Shown: in pieces, positions 48,888-58,272 of the stretch
How the letters are laid out: each line of letters starts with the position of its first letter
Numbering within the stretch: position 1 is the stretch's first letter
The notes under the pieces: model-generated
The model's input: the letters and a program-made list of their open reading frames with translations, nothing else
Database searches by the model: none
What the model was told of the DNA's origin: nothing
Translations under genes and position numbers: made by a program
Assembly (NCBI GenBank): GCA_024280885.1
Contig: JAJRPF010000020.1
Location: forward strand, 24,697-88,696
Reading direction: 5' to 3'
DNA from: Planctomycetota bacterium
GTDB taxonomy: Bacteria > Planctomycetota > JAJSAM01 > JAJVHW01
DNA length: 64,000 nt

Positions 48888-51800
48888 ATGCGCAAGCGCC
48901 TGCGAGGGTTGGGGGAGAGAGCTGTGGAGAATTCGCGAGTGGGGGCGTCCCCAAGTGGGAAGTCCGATTCTGGGTCGTCTGTAATGGCGTCGTCTGTTAC
49001 GGGGTCGTCGGTTGCGGGGTCGTCGGTTTGGGAACGCATCGCGCGGTCCGGCAATTGTCTGCTCTTCGTTCTGCTGGTCGGGCTGATCGGTTGGCAAGCG
49101 CCCGAGTCCCTGACCGCGCGGCTGTCCGCTCCGTCTCAGAACGCCGATCGAACGCTCTCGAACGATGCGAGCGGCGATGTTGTCTACTGGGTCTCGCGCG
49201 GGAGTGGCGGTTGGAGCCGCGACGTGCTCATCGAGTTCTCTGGTGACGTCGTCACGACCGAGCACGTGGGCGAGGAAGCCGCCGACGGCCTGATCCGGCT
49301 GGAACCCGATGTGCCCCTCACCGCCACGTGGGTCTCACGCTCCAAGTTGAGGGTGCGGGCCGATTCTGCCCTGCCGCGGGCGCGTCGCGTTCACGTGCAC
49401 TTCGACGTGGCGGCTCTCGATCTCGAGGCGCTCGTGGGCCGTCCTGTGCGTGCGCTGGCGCCGGAGCGTCTCTGGGTCGAGACCGCGCCCGTGCGCGTCA
49501 TCTCAGCGACTGCGACGGAGCACGATGAGAACGGGATCGCGCGCGCGATCGTGGTCGCGTGCGATCTCGATCTCGACGACGAGGACTTCGAGCGCTCCGT
49601 CTCTGTACGAGAGATCGACGCGGATGGGGAGGACGGCGACGAACTGGCCCTACGCGTCGAGCGGATCGACGCGCCCGGGGAGCACGTATGGCGGCTCGCG
49701 CTGCCGGAGGGTCCGCTCCCCGACAACGTGCTCGTGCGCGTGGAAGCCGGGCTCGCTCCGCCGAGCGCCGACGTGGCGCTCGGTCAGGCGTGGGTACGCA
49801 CGCTCACGTTGCGCCCGGAACTGCTCGTGACGTCGTTGGGCACCTACGACGACGGGCTGCTCGTCGGGCTCAACCACACGGTCCCGCTGCCGCGCGAGGG
49901 CTTCCTGTCGCTCGATCCGCCGATCGACTTTCAGATTCACAGGCGAAGGGGCGATCTGCGCCTCTACGGCGACTTCATCCCGGGCAGCACGTATCGCGTG
50001 ACGTTCCACGCGGGTTTCCCCGGCGCCGGGCCCGCGCGGCTGCGCAAGGAAACGGTCCGCAGCGTGCGGCTGCCCGACGCGGATCCGGAGCTCGCCTTCC
50101 CTGATCGCGGCTCTGTACTGTCGTCGATCGCGCGCCATGAGATCGCGATCGAGAGCATCAATGTGCAGCGTCTCGAAGTTGCCGCGCGCACGGTCTACGC
50201 GAACAACGTCGTGCGTCTCGCGCAAGACAAGCGGGCCTCCGACGTCGTGTTCGGCCCGTGGGTGCGGACCGAGATTGCCGTTGCGGGTACGCGCAACGAG
50301 AAGACCATCGAGCGCATCGCCCTGGACGATCTGCTGGGCAAGCGCGACGACGGCAGCGCGCTCGGCCTGCACGAGATCCGCATCCGTGACCTCGACAACG
50401 AGGCACGCGCGGTGCGGCGACTGGTACAGATCACCGACCTCGGGACGACCGTGCGCGCGACGCGCGACGCGATTGCAGTGCGAGTTGCTTCCATCGCGTA
50501 CGCCCGCCCCGTCGCGGGTGCCGAGGTCATGGTGCGGACGCCGACGAACCAGACGCTCTGCCGTGGTGTGACGGGAGCCGACGGGACGGTCGTGCTCCGC
50601 TATCCGGCGCGCGACGACGACCGCGTTCCTTTCCTGATCGAGGTCAGCACCGCGACGGATCGCACGTTCGTGGACCTGAACGGATTCGAGGTCGCGCTGG
50701 CCGACGAGGCACAATCCGGGCGTCCGTATCTGCGCGGTGGATTCGAGTGTCACGTCTATCCCGACCGCGGCGCCGTACGCCCCGGCGAGACGGCGCGCGT
50801 CACGATCGTCGGTCGCAGCGCGCGTGGCGTCAGTGCGGTCGGCGCCGACGTCGAGGTGCGCTGGTTCGGTCCGGATCGGCGTCTGCGTCGCAGCGAACGC
50901 ATGCCCTTTGGCGACTCGGGCCTGCTTGTGGCAGAGCATGCGACTTCGACCGCCGATGCGACGGGTGCCTGGCGCGTCGAAGTCGTCGACGTGAAGAGCG
51001 AGACCGTCACTGGCCGGGCGTCGTTCCTGGTCGAGGCGTTCGTGCCCGATCGCATCGAAGCGGCCGTGGAAATCGTAGGCACGCCGACGCTCGGCTCGGC
51101 GGCACGACTGCGTGTGCGCGCGAGTTGGCTTGAGGGTTCGCCTGCCGAGGGACGTCCGTTCCGCGCGTCGGTGCGCCTCGATCATCTGCGCTGGCGACCC
51201 GACGGATTCGCCGAGTTCTCGTTCGCAGCGCTGCACGACGGGGAAGCGCAGGCGCCCCCCGGGAATCTGCCGGTCGTCAAGGGCGTGCTGGGCGACGACG
51301 GCGAGGTGGATGTCGTCGTCTCGATCCCGGGCGGCTCGGCATCGGGCAAGGCGAAGGGCGCCGTTCAGGGCTACCGCGCCACGGTCCGTGTCGAAGTCAG
51401 CGATCCTTCCGGCCGCCCGGTGCGTGCGGGGCTGGTGACCGACGTGCTCCGCGACGGGCCACTGCTCGGCGCGCGGGCTGACGACGAGACGGTCGAGGTC
51501 GCGCTCGTCATGCCCGATGGCTCCCTTCATGACGGCCAGGCGCCCGTGAATGTGACGCTCGAGCGGCGTCATTGGGAGTGGCGAACGCGACGGCGCGGGT
51601 CGAGCCGCAGCGGGCGCCGCTATGTGTGGGAGTCGTACGTCGTCGCGGAACCAGCGGGCACGCTGAGCGGCACGATTGTGAATGGTCGCGCGACCCTCAC
51701 GCTGCCGGAGTTGCGGACGTTCCGCGACTGGATCGTCGCCGTCGTGCGCAGCGATGTCGAGGGCGACTCGCTGCGTGCGGATGCGCGGATCGGGAGTGCT

Positions 51801-54389
51801 ATTCCGCGTCCCGATCGCCTCCGGGTCGAAGGGCCGAACGAACCTGTTCACGCGGGCGACGAGATCGAGCTGACGATTGCCTCGCCCACGGCGGGAACGG
51901 CGTTCATCACGTTCGAGAGTACGACGATCGATGCTGTGCTGACGGCCGACGTGGCGCGCGGCCACGACACGCTGCGCGTCGTCGTACCGGAGCACATCGA
52001 GGGCCCGAACGTGCATGTCGTCGTCACGCTCGTCGCACCGCAGGCGCGCGCTGACGCGACGCCGCCGTACTGGATCGTCGGCGCGACGTCGTTGCGACTC
52101 GCCGCCGACGATCTGGCCACCGTGGTCACCATCGACGCCCCGGAGGTGGTCCTGCCCGAGTCGGACGTCGAACTCCTCATCGACGCCCCCGGCGCGACGC
52201 ACGCGACCGTGGCCCTCATCGACGAGGGCGTGCTACGCGTGACCGGCCATCTCGACCCGGACCCGATCGCGTTCTTCCGCGCGCGTCGTCGTCTGGAGAC
52301 GCAAGGGGCCGATACGGGTACGCGTCTGATGGAGCGCCCGGGCTACGACCCCGACACGCTCGACGGCGGTGACGAGGGCTCGGGCTCCGCGATCGGAGCG
52401 CGGCTCGAGGCGTCCACCTCGGCCGTCATCGAGACCGTGGCGCTCTTTCAAGGGCCTGTGCGACTCGATCCCGAAGGCCGCGCGCGTGTGACGTTCACGC
52501 TGCCGCCGTACGAGGGCCGCCTGCGCGCGGTCGTCATCGCCGCTGGTTCGTCCCGCGTGGGCGCCGCGAGTGCCGAGGTCACGGTGCGCGCACCGCTTGG
52601 ATTGCGGATCGCGGCGCCGCGGCGACTCACGCCGGGTGACGTCTCCACCGCCACCGTCACGGTGCGCAATGGCACCGGCGTCGAAGCGTCCGTCAGCGTG
52701 AACGTCGCGGCGAGTCAAGGCGTCGAGCTCCGCGGCGACGCGCAGCGGCAAGTCGTTCTCGCGGATGGCAAGACGCTGTCGTTTGACGTGGAACTCGTCG
52801 CGACGGGCCTCTCGGATGGTGCTCTCATCGCGGTCAATGCCGTGTGTGGCGATCAGCGACGCGAAGTCGAGGTCGTCGTTCCCGTGCAGCCCGCGGGTCT
52901 CTTCGAGACGCGTCGAGTCGGTCTGCACCTTGCGGCCGACGGCTCGCTGACCATCCCCGGGAAGTGGGCGCCCGGCACGCGCACCGCCCGACTCGTCATC
53001 GCGCCCGGCGTCGGCGCGGATCTTCTCCCGGCGCTCGAGGCGCTCCTGCGCTACCCGCATGGCTGTGTCGAGCAAACCTCGTCACGCGCGCACGCCGTCT
53101 TGGCCTGCCGTCCGCTCTTGAAAGAACTCGCTCCTGATGCCGCCGAGCGGGCCGACGACATGATCGTGCAGGGGATCGCGCGCTTGCGTTCGATGCAGAT
53201 GCCGCGTGGCGGCATGTCCTTCTGGCCGGGGGGCCGCAACGAGGTCGATCTCGGCAGTCTGGTCGCGCTCGACTTCCTGCTCGACGCTCGTGATCAGGGT
53301 TTCGATGTGGACGAGAAGTCGCTCCGCCGGCTCGTCCGGCGCGTCGGCTCTCGTCTGGCGGCGCGACCGGATGCATCGTTCCGAGCGATGGCCGTCGAGA
53401 TCCTCTCGCGCGGTGGGGGAGCCGTCGGTCGGTGGCTGCCGAACCTCGTCGAGTCCGTGAAGCGGCCGGAGGATCGGGCGCGTGTGGCGCTCGCTCTGGC
53501 GCGCATCGGTGACGTTGCGGCGGCGCAGGCTCTGCTGGCGGAGGCATCCGGCGGTTCGGACGACATCCCGGTTGCCGTAGCCGAGACGGGCGGCCTGCTC
53601 TTCTCCCCGACGCGCGAGCGCGCCTTCCTGTTGCGGGCGCTGCTCGAGGTGGCGCCGAAGGATCGGCGGATCGATGTCCTCGCCGACGCACTGCGGGCCG
53701 ATGTTCTCGCCCCGGCTCGTCTCACGACCCAATCGCAGTCGCACGCGGTGCGGGCGCTCTCCGCACTTCACCTGCGCGATCTGCAGGACACGCCCGACGT
53801 GCGCGGCTCCGTCTTCGTGGACGACGTCGAGTACCCGGTCGATGGCCGCACCGAGATCGACATACCCGCCGCGGCGCGCGGCAACATCCGCGTGGCACTC
53901 TCGCGCAGGAGCCGTGCGCTGCTCGCGGTGCGCGGCGTCCGGATCGATATCGCACCCGTGGACGACGACGGCGAATTCCGCATCGCGCGGCGTCTGATCG
54001 ACGTCGAGACGGGCCGCGCTCCGACGAAGATCCGGCGCGGCGGAGCCTACGATGTGATCCTCGAGGTGGGCCTCGCCGACACCGCTTCGAACCTCCTCCT
54101 CACCGACATCCTTCCGGCCGGGATGGAGGCCGAGAGCCCTCGGCACGGCGTCCGCGACGGTCGCCGGTCGGGTGAGCGGCTCCCCGATCATGTGGACGTC
54201 CGCGACGATCGGGTACTCCTCCATCTCGACGGTCCCATCCGTCGCGGCACGTTCAGCGTCCGCTACCGCGTTCACGCGACGTTCCCGGGGCGCTATGCCG
54301 TTGCGCCGCCTGTAATCGAGGCGCTCTACAAGCCGGGCAGCATGGTGCGCGGGCGTTCCGCGTCTGACGGCGTCGAGATCGTGCGGTGA
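48888..54389 (+). CDS. Bacterial alpha-2-macroglobulin
   Basis: MG domains (DRGAVRPGE, FLVEAFVPDR, LIDEGVL), thioester motif YPHGCVEQTSS, DILPAGME, VRDDRV; start uncertain (48831/48888/48984). Confidence 0.9.
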   Translation: MRKRLRGLGERAVENSRVGASPSGKSDSGSSVMASSVTGSSVAGSSVWERIARSGNCLLFVLLVGLIGWQAPESLTARLSAPSQNADRTLSNDASGDVVYWVSRGSGGWSRDVLIEFSGDVVTTEHVGEEAADGLIRLEPDVPLTATWVSRSKLRVRADSALPRARRVHVHFDVAALDLEALVGRPVRALAPERLWVETAPVRVISATATEHDENGIARAIVVACDLDLDDEDFERSVSVREIDADGEDGDELALRVERIDAPGEHVWRLALPEGPLPDNVLVRVEAGLAPPSADVALGQAWVRTLTLRPELLVTSLGTYDDGLLVGLNHTVPLPREGFLSLDPPIDFQIHRRRGDLRLYGDFIPGSTYRVTFHAGFPGAGPARLRKETVRSVRLPDADPELAFPDRGSVLSSIARHEIAIESINVQRLEVAARTVYANNVVRLAQDKRASDVVFGPWVRTEIAVAGTRNEKTIERIALDDLLGKRDDGSALGLHEIRIRDLDNEARAVRRLVQITDLGTTVRATRDAIAVRVASIAYARPVAGAEVMVRTPTNQTLCRGVTGADGTVVLRYPARDDDRVPFLIEVSTATDRTFVDLNGFEVALADEAQSGRPYLRGGFECHVYPDRGAVRPGETARVTIVGRSARGVSAVGADVEVRWFGPDRRLRRSERMPFGDSGLLVAEHATSTADATGAWRVEVVDVKSETVTGRASFLVEAFVPDRIEAAVEIVGTPTLGSAARLRVRASWLEGSPAEGRPFRASVRLDHLRWRPDGFAEFSFAALHDGEAQAPPGNLPVVKGVLGDDGEVDVVVSIPGGSASGKAKGAVQGYRATVRVEVSDPSGRPVRAGLVTDVLRDGPLLGARADDETVEVALVMPDGSLHDGQAPVNVTLERRHWEWRTRRRGSSRSGRRYVWESYVVAEPAGTLSGTIVNGRATLTLPELRTFRDWIVAVVRSDVEGDSLRADARIGSAIPRPDRLRVEGPNEPVHAGDEIELTIASPTAGTAFITFESTTIDAVLTADVARGHDTLRVVVPEHIEGPNVHVVVTLVAPQARADATPPYWIVGATSLRLAADDLATVVTIDAPEVVLPESDVELLIDAPGATHATVALIDEGVLRVTGHLDPDPIAFFRARRRLETQGADTGTRLMERPGYDPDTLDGGDEGSGSAIGARLEASTSAVIETVALFQGPVRLDPEGRARVTFTLPPYEGRLRAVVIAAGSSRVGAASAEVTVRAPLGLRIAAPRRLTPGDVSTATVTVRNGTGVEASVSVNVAASQGVELRGDAQRQVVLADGKTLSFDVELVATGLSDGALIAVNAVCGDQRREVEVVVPVQPAGLFETRRVGLHLAADGSLTIPGKWAPGTRTARLVIAPGVGADLLPALEALLRYPHGCVEQTSSRAHAVLACRPLLKELAPDAAERADDMIVQGIARLRSMQMPRGGMSFWPGGRNEVDLGSLVALDFLLDARDQGFDVDEKSLRRLVRRVGSRLAARPDASFRAMAVEILSRGGGAVGRWLPNLVESVKRPEDRARVALALARIGDVAAAQALLAEASGGSDDIPVAVAETGGLLFSPTRERAFLLRALLEVAPKDRRIDVLADALRADVLAPARLTTQSQSHAVRALSALHLRDLQDTPDVRGSVFVDDVEYPVDGRTEIDIPAAARGNIRVALSRRSRALLAVRGVRIDIAPVDDDGEFRIARRLIDVETGRAPTKIRRGGAYDVILEVGLADTASNLLLTDILPAGMEAESPRHGVRDGRRSGERLPDHVDVRDDRVLLHLDGPIRRGTFSVRYRVHATFPGRYAVAPPVIEALYKPGSMVRGRSASDGVEIVR
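48972..49031. repeat. Four tandem 15-bp repeats at the A2M N-terminus (GSSVM ASSVT GSSVA GSSVW)
   Basis: GGGTCGTCTGTAATG-like unit x4. Confidence 0.8.
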
Positions 54390-56047
54390 GACATCCCCTG
54401 CGATCCGCGATCCGGTGGACGCGCCGACTCGCGTGGTTGCTCGTCGTCTGCTGGGTCGGCGAGCGTGGGCTCGAAGTCGCGTGGCCGTATCCGAGCGAGC
54501 AACTCGCTGCGCGGCCTGCTTCGCGCGTGTTCTACGCCGCGGATGGCTCGCTCCTGCGCGTGACGCCGACGGTGGACGGCGAGCGTTCTCTGCCCGTGTC
54601 CTTGGAGAACGTGTCGCCCCATGTCGTGGATGCGCTCATCGCGGCCGAGGACCAGCGTTTCCGCTCGCATTCGGGCGTCGATCCCGCGGCGATCGTCCGC
54701 GCGGCCCTCGGCAACCTTGCGGCGGGGCGCGTCGTCTCGGGCGCATCCACGCTCACGATGCAGGTCGTGCGTCTGGTCGAGCCACGACCGCGTGACCTCG
54801 CCGGGAAGATTGCGGAGGCGCTGCGCGCGCGGCAACTCGAGCGACTCCTCTCGAAGGATGCCATCCTTGCGGCGTATCTCAACCGCGTGCCGTTCGGCGG
54901 GACGACGCGCGGGATCGAGGCGGCCGCCCAGCGCTGGTACGGCAAGCGCGCGCGCGATCTGAATCTCGGCGAGGCGGCGGCGCTCGTCGCCATGTTGCCC
55001 GCACCGACGGCGCGTGCGCCGGATCTCGGTTCCCACGCGGACGGCGACGGACTGACGGCGGGCGCGCTCCGTCTCGCCGCCGCCCGCCGCGAGGTGCTCG
55101 CGCGCATGGAGAGCCACGGCGTGATCAATGTCGCCGCCCGCCGTGCGGCGGCATCGCAACCGCTCCCGACAGCGCGCCGGCTCTGGCCGTATCGTGCGCC
55201 CCATGCGTGCGACCTCTTCGCCGCGCGTTCGCGATCTCCCGTCACACCGACGACCATCGACGTCGAGTTGCAGACCCGTGTCGAGGAGGTTGCGCGCTCG
55301 CATGATGCCGTCGCGGTGGACGGACTCGCCGTCGTCGTTCTCGATCGCACGAGCGGCGAACTCCGCGCCATGCTCGGATCGCGCGACTACCGCACGCACC
55401 CGCTGAATGCCGCGACGTGTCGCCGCAGCGCTGGCAGCACGTTGAAGCCCTTCCTCTACGCCCTCGCGCTCGACGCGGGGATCGCCGGCCCCGAGCAACT
55501 CGTGCGCGACACGCCGATCGTCTTCCGCGACTACGCGCCGCGCAACTTCGAGGGCGCGTACCGCGGCGCGCTCACCGCATCGGACGCGCTCGCGACGTCG
55601 CGCAACCTGCCCGCCATCCGACTGCTCCGCGACGTCGGCCCAGAGCGCTTCGCCGATCTCCTGCGCACCCTCGGCTTCCGCCTCCCGCGCCACGCGATCC
55701 ACGTCGACGCCGCCCTCGGCACGATCTCCGTCTCGCCGCTCGAATTGGCACGCGCGTACCAGCGTCTCGCCAGCCCCGACGAGTTCCCCGGGCTCTCGCA
55801 GCGTGCGCGCGATCAGGTGATCGACGCCCTCTCCGGTCGCACGTCAGAACACACGCTGCCCGGCGCCGGCCCCGTCGCGTGGAAGACCGGCACCAGCAGC
55901 GGTCGCCGCGACGCATGGTGCGCCGGCATCACCGCGCAGCACGTGATCGTCGTCTGGCTCGGCCGCCTCGACGGCACCCCCGACGCCAACCTCGTGGGCG
56001 GCCGCGTCGCCGCCGACCTACTCGCCGAACTCGCCGCGGCGCTCTGA
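54386..56047 (+). CDS. pbpC: Penicillin-binding protein 1C (compact, no C-terminal domain)
   Basis: EDQRF..H.GVD, GASTLTMQ, STLK, SRN, KTGTS; canonical linkage to alpha-2-macroglobulin. Confidence 0.88.
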   Translation: MRHPLRSAIRWTRRLAWLLVVCWVGERGLEVAWPYPSEQLAARPASRVFYAADGSLLRVTPTVDGERSLPVSLENVSPHVVDALIAAEDQRFRSHSGVDPAAIVRAALGNLAAGRVVSGASTLTMQVVRLVEPRPRDLAGKIAEALRARQLERLLSKDAILAAYLNRVPFGGTTRGIEAAAQRWYGKRARDLNLGEAAALVAMLPAPTARAPDLGSHADGDGLTAGALRLAAARREVLARMESHGVINVAARRAAASQPLPTARRLWPYRAPHACDLFAARSRSPVTPTTIDVELQTRVEEVARSHDAVAVDGLAVVVLDRTSGELRAMLGSRDYRTHPLNAATCRRSAGSTLKPFLYALALDAGIAGPEQLVRDTPIVFRDYAPRNFEGAYRGALTASDALATSRNLPAIRLLRDVGPERFADLLRTLGFRLPRHAIHVDAALGTISVSPLELARAYQRLASPDEFPGLSQRARDQVIDALSGRTSEHTLPGAGPVAWKTGTSSGRRDAWCAGITAQHVIVVWLGRLDGTPDANLVGGRVAADLLAELAAAL

Positions 56048-56118
56048 GGCAACCGCCTGATCGACGTTCGCCAACCAGGCGCTCCAGGCGCTGGTTTCCA
56101 CGAGGAGCGTCCGGCCCA

Positions 56119-56373
56119 TCAGGTCGCGCAGTCGTCGGGCGTCTGATCGCGACTTGGCCCGTAGAGGGCCTCATCGTGCCTGACGGCGCCACCAGTTCCG
56201 TCGACGATCCCGGTGATCGATGCGAGCACGTCGCGACCCACCAGCGATCGTTCGGACAGGTGCGCGGTCAGGATCTCCCGGATCACGGAACTCATACTCG
56301 TGCCCGCTGCTTCAGCACGAGCCCGGAGAGCATCCACCTGCCACTCCTCCAACATCACCTGCGTTCTGTGCAT
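56119..56373 (-). CDS. Ribbon-helix-helix (CopG/VapB-like) antitoxin with no toxin partner
   Basis: MHRTQVMLEE...GTSMSSVIREIL...SITGI...HDEALYG. Confidence 0.75.
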   Translation of the reverse strand: MHRTQVMLEEWQVDALRARAEAAGTSMSSVIREILTAHLSERSLVGRDVLASITGIVDGTGGAVRHDEALYGPSRDQTPDDCAT

Positions 56374-56519
56374 GGCATCCATCGTAGTCCATCCATCGTT
56401 GCGGTGCACTCCGCCATCGCGCTCGGAGGACGACCGACCCGCGCCATGTATACGCCGACTCTCGCGCCCTCACGAGCGTGTTGCGACGCGTGTTGCGACG
56501 GCGGTGCGGCGTAATGGAC

Positions 56520-56644
56520 CTCCGTCCCCGTGTAGAATACTGAATGACGTTGCGCGCTGCGACGACGCGGTTGACAGGCTGACGAGCCTGGTCGAAAGTG
56601 GAGCGTTCAAACCGACGAATCGAACCTGGCACAGAATGCCGCGG
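56520..56644. repeat. 125-bp direct repeat, copy 1 (copy 2 at 60706-60830)
   Basis: Ungapped alignment, 12 mismatches by manual count (about 90% identity). Confidence 0.9.
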
Positions 56645-56736
56645 TGCCATGCTCGCTCCTGACAAGAATATGCCGTGGAAGACGCCGAATGTTGTGCACA
56701 CCGAGTGACGGATCGGTACCGATCGGCCTTGGCGGG

Positions 56737-58119
56737 ATGAGGAACTTGGCGTCGCCCCCGCGGCTGTATCTGAGGCCAGCATTAGCGGTGGCATTGGCGC
56801 TGGCGGCCCTCAACCTGCTCGGCTGTAGCACGAGCGTGATCTCGCTGGCAGAGATGCCACCGCATGCGGTGCCGCAGCTTCGAAGCGATGCGGTAGCGCC
56901 GCGTGCGGCGGAACTGCGCGGCGAGCGCGTTCCGCGCGTCTCTGCAAGTGTCGATCGGCAGCGACGAGGGCCCTACCGCGTCTCTGGCCGGATCGTGACG
57001 GCTGGTGGTGAGCCAATTCGGGCCGCAGAACTGTGGCTCGCTCCGGTCCAGGTGAGCGATTCGTACCTGCGCGGTGGGCGGCGGTCGCGCGCAATCGCCG
57101 CCACGTTCGGAGCAGTCAGATTCTCCACCGATTCGCACGGTCGCTTCGCCGCGTCACTGCCGGGCATCAGCGACACCGTTGCGCCTCGCTGGGTGATGCT
57201 CGTGCGAGGCGAGGGTCTGCAGCCCGGCTGGTGTTACGGCGCGCTCCGCGAGTTTGAAGACATCACCCTCTGCGTGCGGCGCGGCCGTCTCGTGACTGGC
57301 AGGGTCGTTGATGAAGACGGAGAGTTGATCATCCCGACCGCCGTCACGGATCTTGAGACTGGCGAGCGCGTGCTGATGGCGGACGCCAATGGGTTCGAAT
57401 TGCGGCAGTGCCTCGACGCGGCGACGCTGCTGACGGTGGAACCAGCGCGGTTCGGAGTTACGCACATGAACAGCGTGTCAATGCGCACGCCGCTGATTCG
57501 AAAAGTCGTGACCGTCCCTGCGTCCGACACCGGTTCGAGCGTGGACCTCGGCGATGTCGTGTACGCGATCGAGTCCAGGACACGACTGACGCGACCGAAA
57601 CTCCGATACGACCACGAACCGTTCTGGCATCGATCGGAGGTCGTCCTCTCTGGTCACGTTCTCGTTTCTGGCGCGCCAATCGACGAATTCGTGCGCGTCG
57701 AGGGTTCGAACCCAGAACTCTCCGGCTTCGCGACACTACGCGATCGAGAGGTCTGCGTGCGACTCACGAGCGCCGCACTGTCTGGCGGCGAGGCTTCGGT
57801 TCAGTTCCTCCCAACCGGATCGATCTCCATTCGTTTCGTGGAGTCGGACTCAGCCGTTCCGATACCGGTCCGCAAGGCGGCGATGACCGTTCGGAACGGC
57901 GCCGGGGAGACGCTGACAGTTCGCAGGTTCAATGATCCAGTCGGTCGTTATCGGGTCTCATGGCAGGTGCCGCTTTGCGAACTCGGAGAGATCTGGCTGT
58001 CGTTCGTCGCAGGCGATCGCGACCTTGGCGAGATCCGTGTGAATCTCGACGTCGACGAGACGATTGCGATATCCGTGTTCGCAGGAGCGAACCGGACTGG
58101 AGCACCGAAGCTGCGATAG
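56737..58119 (+). CDS. Hypothetical lipoprotein with carboxypeptidase-regulatory-like beta-sandwich repeats
   Basis: Lipobox LLG-C; VSGRIVTAGGEPI, TDSHGRF, VTGRVVDEDG motifs; atypical codon usage. Confidence 0.6.
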   Translation: MRNLASPPRLYLRPALAVALALAALNLLGCSTSVISLAEMPPHAVPQLRSDAVAPRAAELRGERVPRVSASVDRQRRGPYRVSGRIVTAGGEPIRAAELWLAPVQVSDSYLRGGRRSRAIAATFGAVRFSTDSHGRFAASLPGISDTVAPRWVMLVRGEGLQPGWCYGALREFEDITLCVRRGRLVTGRVVDEDGELIIPTAVTDLETGERVLMADANGFELRQCLDAATLLTVEPARFGVTHMNSVSMRTPLIRKVVTVPASDTGSSVDLGDVVYAIESRTRLTRPKLRYDHEPFWHRSEVVLSGHVLVSGAPIDEFVRVEGSNPELSGFATLRDREVCVRLTSAALSGGEASVQFLPTGSISIRFVESDSAVPIPVRKAAMTVRNGAGETLTVRRFNDPVGRYRVSWQVPLCELGEIWLSFVAGDRDLGEIRVNLDVDETIAISVFAGANRTGAPKLR

Positions 58120-58164
58120 CGGCGACCGGCGTCGGTACTTTGCGCGGGGTTCGCGTTCGGCTCG

Positions 58165-58227
58165 GACAAGAACGACAATCCCGCGCGCGCCCCGGAGTCA
58201 GGCGACAACTATCCTGACACCGGGGGC
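58165..58227. repeat. ~64-bp hairpin repeat after gene end, copy A
   Basis: GACAAGAACGACAATCCCGCGC...CCCCGGAGTCAGGCGACAACTATCCTGACACCGGGGGC. Confidence 0.85.
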
Positions 58228-58272
58228 GGTCTGTCGCCGTCCGGGCGCCGGGCCGAGGCCGACGGAGTTTCG

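Noticed and set aside
56066..56098. attC-like start GCCAACCAGGCGCTCCAG after pbpC
   Set aside because: Forms a short self-contained hairpin between convergent genes, more likely a terminator; no R' box
56571..56580. TGA upstream and in frame with the 56644 and 60806 ORFs as selenocysteine
   Set aside because: Another stop lies 9 codons upstream with no start codon between them
56576..56600. Hammerhead-like CTGACGA...GAAA core in the 125-bp repeat
   Set aside because: Stem II cannot form properly, and copy 2 has CCGGCGA, destroying the core
56626..56641. Sigma54-like TGGCAC in the 125-bp repeat
   Set aside because: GC is not at the required -12 spacing
57698..57716. tRNA T-arm-like GGGTTCGAACCC
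   Set aside because: Inside a CDS, and no cloverleaf can be built around it
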